Assembly (NCBI GenBank): GCA_965207065.1
Contig: OZ242260.1
Location: forward strand, 832,001 to 896,000
Reading direction: 5' to 3'
From: a bacterium
GTDB taxonomy: Bacteria > UBA8248
Length of the DNA: 64,000 bases
Numbering within the stretch: position 1 is the stretch's first letter; every line of letters begins with the position of its first letter. Both the position numbers and the translations under genes were made by a program. Below the pieces are notes generated by a model. The model was not told where the DNA came from, did not search any database, and saw nothing but the letters and a program-made list of their open reading frames with translations. Below are positions 8,865 through 18,669 of this stretch, one piece after another.

Positions 8865-9703
8865 GCAACGCTCCCCGAGGCCGCCGCGCTGCCCGCATGG
8901 TCGCGTTCCTCCCAGGAATCCAGGTGCGCGCGCAGGGATTCCGCACCGGATGCCGAATCGAGGTATGCGCCCACGGCGTCCTCGTCGATGTCGTAGAACG
9001 GATGGCACCCCCCGGGCCGCGCGCCCCCCGGCGCGTGCACTACCGCCTGCACCATGAAGGCGGGAACCGCCGTTCTGTCGGGTTTCTCGACGAAAAACGC
9101 TGTCTCCTCGATGCGTTCCGCCGTCAGGATCACCGACTCGGCCGCCCGGGACATCAGCACGTCCTCGAACGCGCCGCCATCTATCCGCGCGTTTCCCTCC
9201 GCATCGGCATACGTCACATGGAGTACGGCGAACCGGGGCCTGATTCGGGGAACCATATAGGTCGACACGCCCGTGTAGGGGTCTTTCACCTGCCGGAAAC
9301 CCGTAAGCGCCGCCACGTCGCTCCCGTCCAGACCCGCCACGGGCTGACTCGGAAGACCGTATGCGGAGGCCCTGAGACCCGCGATGACCGTGGAGCAGGC
9401 GTGTTCGACCGCCTGCACGCGGCCTTCCTCCACGCTGAGGCGGTAGGAGGGCGCCAGGCCGAAGAGGTTTTCGAAGCCCACATAACCCGTCTGCGTCTGC
9501 GCTACGGCCCCCGCCGCGCATAGCAAATCGACATCGTAGGCGCCGGCCGTCTTAACGAGGCGCAAATTCTCCCGCCCCCGGCGGGCGAGTTCGCGGACGA
9601 AAGCGGCGGGAATTCTCGTGAGCGAGTTTCCGCCCAGGGCGAGCATATCCCCGTCCTGCACAAGGGCCGCCGCCTGCGTGAGGGACATGATTTTGCCTGC
9701 CAT
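8861..9703 (-). CDS. CoA-transferase-fold subunit A (GctA/AibA-like)
   Basis: VQDGDMLALGG, DLLCAAG, ADAEGNA and GARPGGCHPFY motifs. Confidence 0.85.
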   Translation of the reverse strand: MAGKIMSLTQAAALVQDGDMLALGGNSLTRIPAAFVRELARRGRENLRLVKTAGAYDVDLLCAAGAVAQTQTGYVGFENLFGLAPSYRLSVEEGRVQAVEHACSTVIAGLRASAYGLPSQPVAGLDGSDVAALTGFRQVKDPYTGVSTYMVPRIRPRFAVLHVTYADAEGNARIDGGAFEDVLMSRAAESVILTAERIEETAFFVEKPDRTAVPAFMVQAVVHAPGGARPGGCHPFYDIDEDAVGAYLDSASGAESLRAHLDSWEERDHAGSAAASGSVA

Positions 9704-9961
9704 CGATTCCTCCTCATCGAGATGAACGCTCCCGTGATTATCCCCCAGAGGCGCGCGCCCCTCAAGGCGGACGTGCCGATAAGCCGTGAAGTTCCAGTAT
9801 AAGGGGTTGAATTTCTCGAAAAACCCGATTTTCCCCGTTTGACAAGAACACCCATCTTTTCTAGGCTTTAGGATAATTCTAGGGCGTAGGAGAGCCTCCC
9901 CGCCCGTGGGCTCGTGAAATAGCCCGGTAAAGACCGCTCAGTCCGCCCATCCGGGGTGAGC

Positions 9962-10891
9962 ATGAATCCCCAAGAAAATACGTCACCACCAGAAGGTTCA
10001 CCTGCGCCTTCAGAGGCGACCGACTTCGCCGATCTGCCCTGGGGCAGCGATAAGTCCGCGGGAAACCCCGAGAACTGGGAAATCCTGGAGACTGCGGGCG
10101 CGCCCGATGCGGACCACCCCGACGGCCAAGAGACCGCCTCCGGGGCTTCGGATGATTCCGAGCGATTCAACATCAAAATCGACGTCTTCGAAGGCCCGCT
10201 CGAGCTCCTCCTCCACCTGGTGCGCGAGCACAAGCTGGACATCCATGACATTCCGGTCGCCTTCATTACGGATCAATACCTGAAATACGTGGAACTGCTC
10301 AAAAAGCTGAACATCAACCTGGCGTCGGAATATCTCGTCATGGCTTCTTATCTGGTCTATATCAAGAGCAGGACCCTTCTGCCCCGGACCGAGGAGGACG
10401 CGGAAGAGGAAGACCCCGAAGTCCTGCGCCAGGAACTCCAGCGCCAGCTCATCGAATACCAGAAATTCAAGAAAATCAGCCAGGTGTTCCGCCATGCCGA
10501 AGAGGAGCAATCCTGGCTCTATACGCGGGGCGCCGACCCTCTCCTGCTGGAGGAAGACGAGGAAGAAGAAGCGCCCAAACTACAAGTGACGGTGTTCGAC
10601 CTCATCAGCGCCATGCAACACCTCATCGAATCCATCGGGGAAGAGGGCATTCACCTCGTGGACATCGATGAGCTCGAAGTCGCCGACATGAGAGCCAGGC
10701 TGCTGGACACTCTCGAAGACGCAGGTAAGGAGGGCGTCTTATTCCATTCATTGTTCCAGACGAGGCGCGCTCTGGAAGTAGTGGCGATATTCCTGGCGCT
10801 CCTGGAACTCATCAAGGGAAATCTCGTCGTGGCGCAACAGGCGTCCAATTTCGGTGAAATCCGAATTTCAAAGGCGGTGCGTGATGAATAA
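9962..10891 (+). CDS. scpA: Segregation/condensation protein A
   Basis: FEGPLELLLHLV, ASEYLVMA...IKSRTLLP and FLALLELIK motifs. Confidence 0.95.
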   Translation: MNPQENTSPPEGSPAPSEATDFADLPWGSDKSAGNPENWEILETAGAPDADHPDGQETASGASDDSERFNIKIDVFEGPLELLLHLVREHKLDIHDIPVAFITDQYLKYVELLKKLNINLASEYLVMASYLVYIKSRTLLPRTEEDAEEEDPEVLRQELQRQLIEYQKFKKISQVFRHAEEEQSWLYTRGADPLLLEEDEEEEAPKLQVTVFDLISAMQHLIESIGEEGIHLVDIDELEVADMRARLLDTLEDAGKEGVLFHSLFQTRRALEVVAIFLALLELIKGNLVVAQQASNFGEIRISKAVRDE

Positions 10892-11930
10892 CCCCCAACC
10901 AGAAAAAGAGAATATTGAACGCATGGAACCGGAAACTCCCTACGAACTCGCAGAAGATGAAATATCGTCCCCGGACGCCGCGGCCAAAGCTCTGGCGGAA
11001 CATCAGTTGGAGGCCATGGAAGAACCTCGCCAGGAGACGCTCTTCGAGATCGACGAGGCGCACGAACCCGTCGAGATGGCCGAAGATGCGCCCGATGAGG
11101 AGGAAGCAGGAGAATTCGACAAGGATGCGCCCCTCGTCATGGACCTGGGCGAAGCGAAAAAGATTGTCGAATCCATTCTGTTCGTCGCGAGCGAGCCGCT
11201 CAGACCCCGGGACATTTCTTTTCTGTTCAAGGGCGTCTCCAACGTGAACGTCAAGGTCGTCCGAAAACTCCTGGGCGAACTGGTCGAGGAATACGGCGAC
11301 AAAACCCTGCAGATCATCGAAGTGGCCGAGGGCTTCCGCCTGTGCACGAGAGCGGAGTTCTCTCCCTGGGTGAAGCGATTCCTGAAAACGGCGAAAAAAA
11401 CCAAGCTGTCCCAGGCGGCGCTCGAAACCCTGGCCATCCTGGCCTACAAGCAGCCCATCACGAAAGCGGAGATCGAGGAGATCAGGCGGGTGGATTGCGG
11501 CGGCGTGCTGCATACCTTGCTCGAACGCGGCCTCATCCGCATCATCGGGCGCCGGGACGTCGTGGGCCGGCCCATTGTCTACGGCACCACGCCCCTGTTC
11601 CTGGAGCACTTCGGCTTCAAGAACCTTTCGGATATGCCGAAGCCCGAGGAATTCGAGATGACCGAGAGGATCGACTGGGAGCCGGCGGAAGGCCAGGAAG
11701 AGATCGTCGCGCTCGAAGCCGGGGCGGAGACGCCGCCATCGAACGGTCATGCAAACGGCCATTCGAACGGACATACGAATGGTCACACCAATGGCCACGC
11801 AAACGGCCAGGCGGACGAGGACACCAAGCAGGATGACGCTCCGGCGCAAGCGGAGGCATTGCCGTCGAACGGCCAGGCTAACGGCCAGGCGGATAAAGAC
11901 CTCGAAAAGAATTCGGAGACCACCTCCTGA
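10884..11930 (+). CDS. scpB: SMC-Scp complex subunit ScpB
   Basis: ESILFVASEP, LSQAALETLAILAYKQPITKAEIEEIR and GRPIVYGTT motifs. Confidence 0.95.
   Translation: MNNPQPEKENIERMEPETPYELAEDEISSPDAAAKALAEHQLEAMEEPRQETLFEIDEAHEPVEMAEDAPDEEEAGEFDKDAPLVMDLGEAKKIVESILFVASEPLRPRDISFLFKGVSNVNVKVVRKLLGELVEEYGDKTLQIIEVAEGFRLCTRAEFSPWVKRFLKTAKKTKLSQAALETLAILAYKQPITKAEIEEIRRVDCGGVLHTLLERGLIRIIGRRDVVGRPIVYGTTPLFLEHFGFKNLSDMPKPEEFEMTERIDWEPAEGQEEIVALEAGAETPPSNGHANGHSNGHTNGHTNGHANGQADEDTKQDDAPAQAEALPSNGQANGQADKDLEKNSETTS
11742..11813 (+). repeat. Six degenerate 12-bp tandem repeats encoding NG(H/Q)x in the ScpB tail
   Basis: NGHA NGHS NGHT NGHT NGHA NGQA; two further NGQA units at 11868-11891. Confidence 0.9.
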
Positions 11931-11957
11931 CGAAAACCACGGCATTCTGATACAACC

Positions 11958-11989
11958 AAAAGGAGGAAGGCCCAGGCTTTCCTCCTTTT
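11958..11989. terminator. Rho-independent terminator, possibly bidirectional, after scpB
   Basis: aaaaggaggaaggc-ccag-gctttcctcctttt. Confidence 0.75.
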
Positions 11990-12037
11990 ATTTTCACATT
12001 CGCGGCGTAAGCCGAGCCTCTTTGGTTGGGATTGAAT

Positions 12038-12982
12038 ATGCGTTTCGGAATCATGGCGACGGGAGGCGTGGGCGGGTATTTCGGCGCCATGCTGGCGAGG
12101 AGTGGCAAGGACGTCGCTTTCATCGCGCGCGGCCCGCACCTGGAAGCCATGCGAACAGACGGGCTTCGCGTGGAGAGCGTCGCGCCCGGGGCATTCAGCG
12201 TGCGTGAAGGAATTTTTACGGATTCTCCAGCGGAGGCCGGTGTTTGCGACGTCATCCTCTACTGCGTGAAAACGACTGCCAACGACTTCGCCATTCCCGC
12301 CATCGCGCCCATGGTCGGCGCAGACTCCGTGATCGTGAACCTGCAAAACGGCGTGGATAATGAGGAAAAACTGGCTGCCGTCTACGGCGCGGAACGGGTG
12401 ATGGGAGGCGCCGCCTACATATTCACCTCCATCGCGGGGCCGGGCCTCATCCGCCAAATCGGGGGACCGAGGCGAATGGTTTTCGGCGAACTGGGCGGCG
12501 GCTCGAGCGGACGTGGCGATGCGATACTAGCTGAACTCAAAGACGCGGAAATCAACGCGGAATACTCGGAAGACATCGAGGCGGAGCTTTGGACGAAGTT
12601 CATCTTCATCTGCGCGGTCGGCGGGGTGACAGCGCTCACGCGCTCATCCATCAGCGAGATTATGGCCTATGAGGGCACGAGAAACATGATGCGAGAGACG
12701 ATGCGCGAGGTCTTTCTGGTGGGCCGGGCGATGGGCGTGAACCTTCCCGAGGGCGCGGACGAGGGGCGCTACCGTTTCATCGACGAGCAGAACCCGGCCA
12801 GCAAGGGCAGCCTGTGCCATGACCTGGAAGCCGGCAGGCGTCTCGAGATCGACGCTTTGTGCGGAACCGTCTCTCGCATCGGGGCGGAGGTAGGCGTCGA
12901 GACGCCGTGCAACGATTTCATCTCGTACACTCTGAAACTCGCCGACCTTCAAATCGCGGGCGAAGTGAAGCCTCCAAGATAA
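12038..12982 (+). CDS. panE: 2-dehydropantoate 2-reductase (ketopantoate reductase family)
   Basis: GGVGGYFG, LQNGVDN, WTKFIF and SLCHDLEAGRRLEID motifs. Confidence 0.85.
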   Translation: MRFGIMATGGVGGYFGAMLARSGKDVAFIARGPHLEAMRTDGLRVESVAPGAFSVREGIFTDSPAEAGVCDVILYCVKTTANDFAIPAIAPMVGADSVIVNLQNGVDNEEKLAAVYGAERVMGGAAYIFTSIAGPGLIRQIGGPRRMVFGELGGGSSGRGDAILAELKDAEINAEYSEDIEAELWTKFIFICAVGGVTALTRSSISEIMAYEGTRNMMRETMREVFLVGRAMGVNLPEGADEGRYRFIDEQNPASKGSLCHDLEAGRRLEIDALCGTVSRIGAEVGVETPCNDFISYTLKLADLQIAGEVKPPR

Positions 12983-13078
12983 GCGCATCGCTCTCTCATA
13001 TTTCACCATCAGCCGCGACGTGATAGTCTTCACGGAACCCGGATATCACCCAAACCGACACATGGAGATGCGCTTTCG

Positions 13079-13546
13079 ATGGCCCGAAAATATTGGCTCA
13101 TGAAGAGTGAACCGGACGCATACTCGTTCGATGACCTGATGGCGGAACCCGAGCAGACCGCCTGCTGGGACGGCATCCGAAACTACCAGGCCAGAAACTT
13201 CATGATGGAGATGAAGGTGGGCGACCTCGTTCTCTTCTACCATTCGAACGCGAAACCGCCCCACGTGGCGGGCACCGCACGGGTGGCGCGGGAATACTAC
13301 CCCGATCACACCCAATACGACAAAAAATCCAAATACTACGACCCGAAGGCTCCCACTGACGCTCCGCGCTGGCAGATGGTGGATTTGCAGGCGACGGGAA
13401 AGCTCCCCCGGCCCGTCACGCTGAGCGAACTCAAGGAAAATCCCAAGCTGGCCAAGATGCGCGTCACCCAAAAGGGACAGCGCCTGAGCGTTCAGCCCGT
13501 GACCAACAAGGAATTCGACGAAGTGCTGCGAATGGCGAAGAAGTAG
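13079..13546 (+). CDS. EVE domain protein
   Basis: YWLMKSEP, WDGIRNYQARNFM, FYHSN and RLSVQPV motifs. Confidence 0.95.
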   Translation: MARKYWLMKSEPDAYSFDDLMAEPEQTACWDGIRNYQARNFMMEMKVGDLVLFYHSNAKPPHVAGTARVAREYYPDHTQYDKKSKYYDPKAPTDAPRWQMVDLQATGKLPRPVTLSELKENPKLAKMRVTQKGQRLSVQPVTNKEFDEVLRMAKK

Positions 13547-13574
13547 CCATTCGCAGCTTGGAGAATCGGCGCCT

Positions 13575-14993
13575 CTAGCTCGCCAGGCGCTGTTTCATCG
13601 CCTCGAAATCAGCCTCGTAGAAGAACTCCTTCTCTCCGAAGGCCGGCTTGAGGCCGGTGAGCCAGGTAGCGTTCTCGTCGTATTCGGCGAAGAAGACGCG
13701 GCCCAGCCACTCGGGGTTTCTCGCCTGGAGGAACTGAAGCGCGATGATGCGCTCGCCGCGGACTTCCTCTATGCCCAACACCTGCACCTTTCCTGGGGCC
13801 GCGCTCATCGAGGGGCCCCGCGCGGTTCGCGCCAGACCGGACACCTGGGAGTAGGCCTTCCGGTAGATAGCGTGCGCCTCCACCAGGGGCAGTTCGAAGT
13901 AGCGCTTGGCGCCCGTGTCCCTTTCCACGAACATGTAATAGGGTATCAGCCCGAGCCGCACCTGCTCCTTCCACATGCGCGCCCACATGTCCGCGTCGTC
14001 GTTGATATGCTTCAGGAGCGGCGCCTGCGTCCTGATGACGGCGCCCGTATCCCGCACCCTTCTGATGGCCTCGCGCGCCGTCGAGGTCTGGACCTCACGT
14101 TCGTGGTTGAAGTGCGCCATGATGGCGATGTGCTTGCCGCCTTTCACCATCTTCTCGAATAGACGCATCAGATCGTCCGCATCGGCGTCCGAGGTGAAGC
14201 GATACGGCCAGAAGGTCAGCGCCTTCGAGCCGATGCGGATGTCGCGGATGTGCGCGAAGCGCGAATCATCCAGCAAGGGCTCCATGTATCCCTCGAGCGC
14301 CTTGGTCTTCATGATCAGGGGATCGCCGCCGGTGAAGAGGACGTCCGTCACCTCTTTATGCTCGGCGAGATACCTGTGCAGGATGTCCGCATCCGTGGAG
14401 ATGAAGCGTAGCTCCTTGTCCCCCACGAACTGCGCCCAGCGGAAACAGAAGGTGCAGTAGGCGTGGCACGTCTGCCCCTGGCCGGGGAAGAAAAGCACCG
14501 TCTCGTGGTATTTGTGCTGCATACCTTCCACGTGCTCATCGTCGATGGTGGGGACGTTCAGCGTCTGCTGCCCGGCGGGGTGGGGGTTCAGGCCGGCCCT
14601 GATCTCGTGGATGGCGGCATTGAGCTGCTCCTTGGGCGCTTCTCGCCTCAGGAGATCCGCCACGGAATCGAAATCCTCTTTCGAGATCATTCCCTCCTGG
14701 GGAAAGGAGAGCTGGAACAAGGGGTCCTCGGGTACGTTGTCCCAATCGATGAGATTCTCCACCATGTAGCGATTCGTGCGGAAGGGCAGCACATGCCCCA
14801 CCACTTTCATGCTGAAGCGAATGTCATCGGGCAGACTCTGTAGCTCGGGAACTTTGTCTATTTGCTGGACCACAATCGGTTTGTAGCGAGGCGGATCGAT
14901 GGACAGCAGATTCTGGCCGTTCGGACCGCCGTTTTGGGTTTTTGCCGTCCCCGCCTCAGTCTGGCCGGGATTCTCTGAAGAAGACATGCTCAT
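13575..14993 (-). CDS. KamA (lysine 2,3-aminomutase-like) radical SAM protein
   Basis: QHKY, CHAYCTFCFR, VLFTGGDPL and IPYYMF motifs. Confidence 0.85.
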   Translation of the reverse strand: MSMSSSENPGQTEAGTAKTQNGGPNGQNLLSIDPPRYKPIVVQQIDKVPELQSLPDDIRFSMKVVGHVLPFRTNRYMVENLIDWDNVPEDPLFQLSFPQEGMISKEDFDSVADLLRREAPKEQLNAAIHEIRAGLNPHPAGQQTLNVPTIDDEHVEGMQHKYHETVLFFPGQGQTCHAYCTFCFRWAQFVGDKELRFISTDADILHRYLAEHKEVTDVLFTGGDPLIMKTKALEGYMEPLLDDSRFAHIRDIRIGSKALTFWPYRFTSDADADDLMRLFEKMVKGGKHIAIMAHFNHEREVQTSTAREAIRRVRDTGAVIRTQAPLLKHINDDADMWARMWKEQVRLGLIPYYMFVERDTGAKRYFELPLVEAHAIYRKAYSQVSGLARTARGPSMSAAPGKVQVLGIEEVRGERIIALQFLQARNPEWLGRVFFAEYDENATWLTGLKPAFGEKEFFYEADFEAMKQRLAS

Positions 14994-15288
14994 TTTCTGG
15001 CCCTCCAGGCAGTGTCCTATTGGACTCGAATCAGAATTCGAAACTTCCTCATGTTGTTCATTTCAATAAACTGCTTTCACCCGATGTCATATCCTGTTCA
15101 ATCCATCGGATACATCTTTCTCTATAATAGATGATATCCCCATCCTTGAAAACATGCCACAAAATAGGCTCCGTCTTCTCTTGGGAAAACCGGTGTTTTC
15201 TGAAAAAAATGAAAGCGCTCGAAAAAAAGGAGAGAAAAAATCCCCGCCCAGGCGTCATTCATCGCGTGAGCGGGGACTTTCCGCTTAT

Positions 15289-16029
15289 CTAGTGGGGCAT
15301 GTGGGCGGGGTTCCAGAACTCGCCCGTGCGAATCGTGTGGGCCTGCTTATCCCCGCCGGGGTCCCAGCTCTCCTCGTTCTTGCGCGCCTGTTCCTCGAAA
15401 TCATACTCGACGCGGTGGATTTCCCCTGCCCACTTCCCGGCTCCCTGGTATTCGAGCAGGACGTAGGCGGGGCGGTTGTCTCCGTCCCAGTTCACCGCGG
15501 CGGAGGCGGCGCACACGAGGGTCTGCTCCCCGACCTGGCGGATATAAGGGCCGTGACACTGCCCGAAGGCCACGACTTCTGATTTCTCCCCCGCGAGGCG
15601 TTCGAGTATCTCGTCGTCAGTGAGCCTGAGCGGGAGCGCGCCTTCGTCGTTACCCGGCGAACCATGGAAGATGCGGAGATCGTGGCCTGGTTCGGGCGTA
15701 AGCGTCATTTCGCGGGGCAGCCCACGGAGCCAGTCGAGCTGATCTTCGCTCAGGTGCTCGCGCGTCAGGCGGGAACTATCGTTTCGCGCGGGAAAATCGT
15801 TTTCCCCCTCGTCGACGTGGTCGATGACCCAGCGATCGAAATTCCCCAGTATGGGCAGGCAGTTTTTCCTGGAACGCAGGCGATCGACCACCTCGCCCGG
15901 CTCCGGCCCGCCCATGACGTGATCGCCGGGCACTATCTCCCAGTGCACATCGTGCTTGTCGACTTCCGCCAGAACGGCGTCCAGCGGCGCGAGTTGGGCA
16001 TGAATGTCGGAATAAAGCGCGAGTCTCAT
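15289..16029 (-). CDS. Calcineurin-like metallophosphoesterase
   Basis: SDIHA, GDHV, GNFD, HGSP and RVEYD motifs. Confidence 0.8.
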   Translation of the reverse strand: MRLALYSDIHAQLAPLDAVLAEVDKHDVHWEIVPGDHVMGGPEPGEVVDRLRSRKNCLPILGNFDRWVIDHVDEGENDFPARNDSSRLTREHLSEDQLDWLRGLPREMTLTPEPGHDLRIFHGSPGNDEGALPLRLTDDEILERLAGEKSEVVAFGQCHGPYIRQVGEQTLVCAASAAVNWDGDNRPAYVLLEYQGAGKWAGEIHRVEYDFEEQARKNEESWDPGGDKQAHTIRTGEFWNPAHMPH

Positions 16030-16084
16030 TTCTCAATCTCCATAATTGATAATGTATGAATATCTGTATATGCCGATGATCGAA

Positions 16085-17419
16085 CTAGTGTAGCAATCTC
16101 CTGCCGGATTCCGCCAACGCCTCCATCTTCTCCCCGAGGCGGGGGTAGAGCAGCTTCCCGTTTTTCTTCACGGCCTTTCCGGCTACGTAGACCGTATCCA
16201 CGTTGGCGTAAGACGCCTGGAAAACGGCTGTCTCCAGCGGGTCGTTCACGGGATAGAGGTTCAGGTCGGTCTTTCTGATCAGGATGAGGTCCGCCTGCTT
16301 GCCGGGCTTGAGCGTGCCCGCCTTGTATCCCAGCCCCAGTGCGTTGGCGCCGTCTATCGTCGCCCACTCCAGCGCGCGCTTCGCGGGAACCGCGACCTGC
16401 GCCGGCGAGGTTCGCCCGTCGAGTATCTTCTGGTTTTCCTGCGCGCGTGCGAACTGAAGTCCCATCCGCATCATGGTGAACATGTCGCCGCTGATGTTCG
16501 ATTCCACGTCGATCCCGAGCGTCGGCCTGCCACCCAGCGCCAGAACGCGACCGATGACGGGCTCGCCGTGGCCCATCTGCATCTCCACCTCGGGGCAGGA
16601 GGTGACCGAGCAGCCCGAGTCGACGAGTATCCGCAACTCCTCCTCGCTCAACTGGTTCGCGTGCACGGCGTTGAAATCGGGCCCCAGAAGCCCCTTGCGC
16701 GCCAGTTCCCGTATGCCGTCGGGCGTCACCCGGTAGAACCCGCCGCCGATGTGCGCGCTCCAGAGCAAGTCGTATTCACGGGCCAGGCAGATATCGTGCA
16801 CGCACATCTCGAGCGTGGAGAGATCCGGTCCTCTCGTTGCCAGTGCCAGTTTGATGAGCCCGCCGTCCGAAGCCAGCCGCCCCGCCCGCAGGCGCCTCAC
16901 CTCATCGGGGGGATGCGGCCTGTGGCTGAGCGGCGTCTCGCCCTCTGTGATTTTAGGCTTGGGCGTTCCATGGCCGAAAACCGCGCGGATGCCCGCCTCC
17001 TCCAGGCCGTCTAAGCCTGCGTCAGTGTGCTCGGGCGTGGGGTTGTTGTGGCACCAGTCGAAGAGCGTCGTGACGCCGCCGCTGAGTTGATTCAGCGCAC
17101 CCACCAGGTTCGCGAGATAAATATCTTCGGGCTGAAACCCGGGGCCGAAACCCTCGTGCATCTGCCGGATATACTCCACCAGCGACCAGTCGCCCGCGAC
17201 CCCGCGTATGCCCGTCTGCCAGGTATGCTGGTGCGCGTTCACGAAACCGGGCATGACGATGAAATCGCCCGCATCGACGCTTTCGGCCTCGGGGGCATGA
17301 ATGTTCCGGCCGACTTCCCGTATCTCATCGTCCTCGATGAGCAGGTCCCCGCCTTCGACCTCGCCGAGTACGGGGTCGAGCGTGAGAATGCTGCCACCGC
17401 GCAGGAGCGTCCTCCCCAT
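16085..17419 (-). CDS. Amidohydrolase (MTA/SAH deaminase-chlorohydrolase-like)
   Basis: MPGFVNAHQH, GVTT and GTLKPGKQADL motifs; true start MGRTLL overlaps the upstream TAA. Confidence 0.85.
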   Translation of the reverse strand: MGRTLLRGGSILTLDPVLGEVEGGDLLIEDDEIREVGRNIHAPEAESVDAGDFIVMPGFVNAHQHTWQTGIRGVAGDWSLVEYIRQMHEGFGPGFQPEDIYLANLVGALNQLSGGVTTLFDWCHNNPTPEHTDAGLDGLEEAGIRAVFGHGTPKPKITEGETPLSHRPHPPDEVRRLRAGRLASDGGLIKLALATRGPDLSTLEMCVHDICLAREYDLLWSAHIGGGFYRVTPDGIRELARKGLLGPDFNAVHANQLSEEELRILVDSGCSVTSCPEVEMQMGHGEPVIGRVLALGGRPTLGIDVESNISGDMFTMMRMGLQFARAQENQKILDGRTSPAQVAVPAKRALEWATIDGANALGLGYKAGTLKPGKQADLILIRKTDLNLYPVNDPLETAVFQASYANVDTVYVAGKAVKKNGKLLYPRLGEKMEALAESGRRLLH

Positions 17420-18528
17420 TACAAAGAACCTCCCGCGGGCGGCGCGTACTCCCGGAGCGCCTCTTCTTTCCACTGCAGTCCGAGGCCTGGTTTGTCGGTA
17501 AGCACCAGATTCCCGTCCCTGAACTCCATCGGCTCCTCGATGATGCACTCCCACCAGGGCATGTTCTCGCACCAGACGCCGTGCTCCTCCGCACTCAGAA
17601 GATGCGCCGAAACCTCGTGGAACAGGTGCGGTGTCACCGGCTTTCCGAACTCTTTCGCGATCGCCGCCGCACGGCGCCAGCCCGTGACGCCGGAGCAGCG
17701 CTCGAGATCGGGCATCAGGATATCGGCCGCGCCCGCGACGAGCAGGTGGCGCATCCCGCGCGGGTTGTAGTTCGTCTCCCCGGTGCAGATGGGAATGTTG
17801 CTGGCCTTGGCTACCTCGGCGCACCCCCTGATGTCTTCGTGATCGACCGGCTCCTCCACCCAGTAGAGATCGAACGGATCGAACGCCCTGCACGCCTCTT
17901 TCGCGGTTTCCACGTCCCAGGCCTGGTTGGCGTCCACCATGAGCGCGACCTCATCCCCTATCGCCTCACGCACGGCGCGGATTCGCTCGACGTCGTCATC
18001 CACCCTGCCGCCCACGCGGAGCTTCATGGCCTTGAAGCCGCGCGCCTTGAGCGCTGCAGCCTCCTCCATGAGTTCGTCTATCGTGAGGTTGAGCCAGAGG
18101 CCCTCGCTCGCGTAGCAGGGAATCTCGCGCTTCTCGCCGCCCAGGTACTTCCACAGCGGCTGGCCCGCCGCCTGGGCCGCCAGGTCCCAGCAGGCGGTAT
18201 CGAGCGCGGACATCGCCAGGGCGCTGATGCCGTCGCGGCCCACGAAGCTCACCGCCTTGCGCATGGCCTCCCAGTTCGCCTCGGCGTCGGCGGGGTCCTT
18301 GCCGAGCAGGTTGGCGAACAGATCGCGCACCATCGCTATCATCGCGCGGGTGCGCTCGGGTCCGAAGGCGAAGCACCAGCCGTGGCCCTTCAAGCCCTCT
18401 TTCGTCCGGAGAGTGACGCAGCAGGTGTCGACGGCATGCACCTCGAAAGTGGCCACCTTGAGCGGCCGGGCCAGCGGCACGCAAACGTGCGCCGGCGTCA
18501 TGCTGATAATGGTTTGAGAAGACGGCAA
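17419..18528 (-). CDS. Mandelate racemase / muconate lactonizing enzyme family (enolase superfamily)
   Basis: KAMKLR, MVDANQ, WVEEP, TGE and PGLG motifs; GGAGG RBS before TTG 18528. Confidence 0.9.
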   Translation of the reverse strand: MPSSQTIISMTPAHVCVPLARPLKVATFEVHAVDTCCVTLRTKEGLKGHGWCFAFGPERTRAMIAMVRDLFANLLGKDPADAEANWEAMRKAVSFVGRDGISALAMSALDTACWDLAAQAAGQPLWKYLGGEKREIPCYASEGLWLNLTIDELMEEAAALKARGFKAMKLRVGGRVDDDVERIRAVREAIGDEVALMVDANQAWDVETAKEACRAFDPFDLYWVEEPVDHEDIRGCAEVAKASNIPICTGETNYNPRGMRHLLVAGAADILMPDLERCSGVTGWRRAAAIAKEFGKPVTPHLFHEVSAHLLSAEEHGVWCENMPWWECIIEEPMEFRDGNLVLTDKPGLGLQWKEEALREYAPPAGGSL

Positions 18529-18669
18529 AACGTACCTCCTTCGCAAAGAGTGTGGGATGTCGCCCTGTCCTTCATGAGCTTTGCGCGACAGGTTACCCTG
18601 TTCGGCCCCGAATGGCTATAATCGCGTGTCTCGCAATTTTGTGAGAAACCCGAGGGAGTAATACCAAAG

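Noticed and set aside
8865-9521. N-terminal extensions of long track ORFs (8112..9521, also 16085..17893, 24712..26598, 59106..61538)
   Set aside because: They overlap neighbouring real genes; downstream starts fit the family N-termini better.
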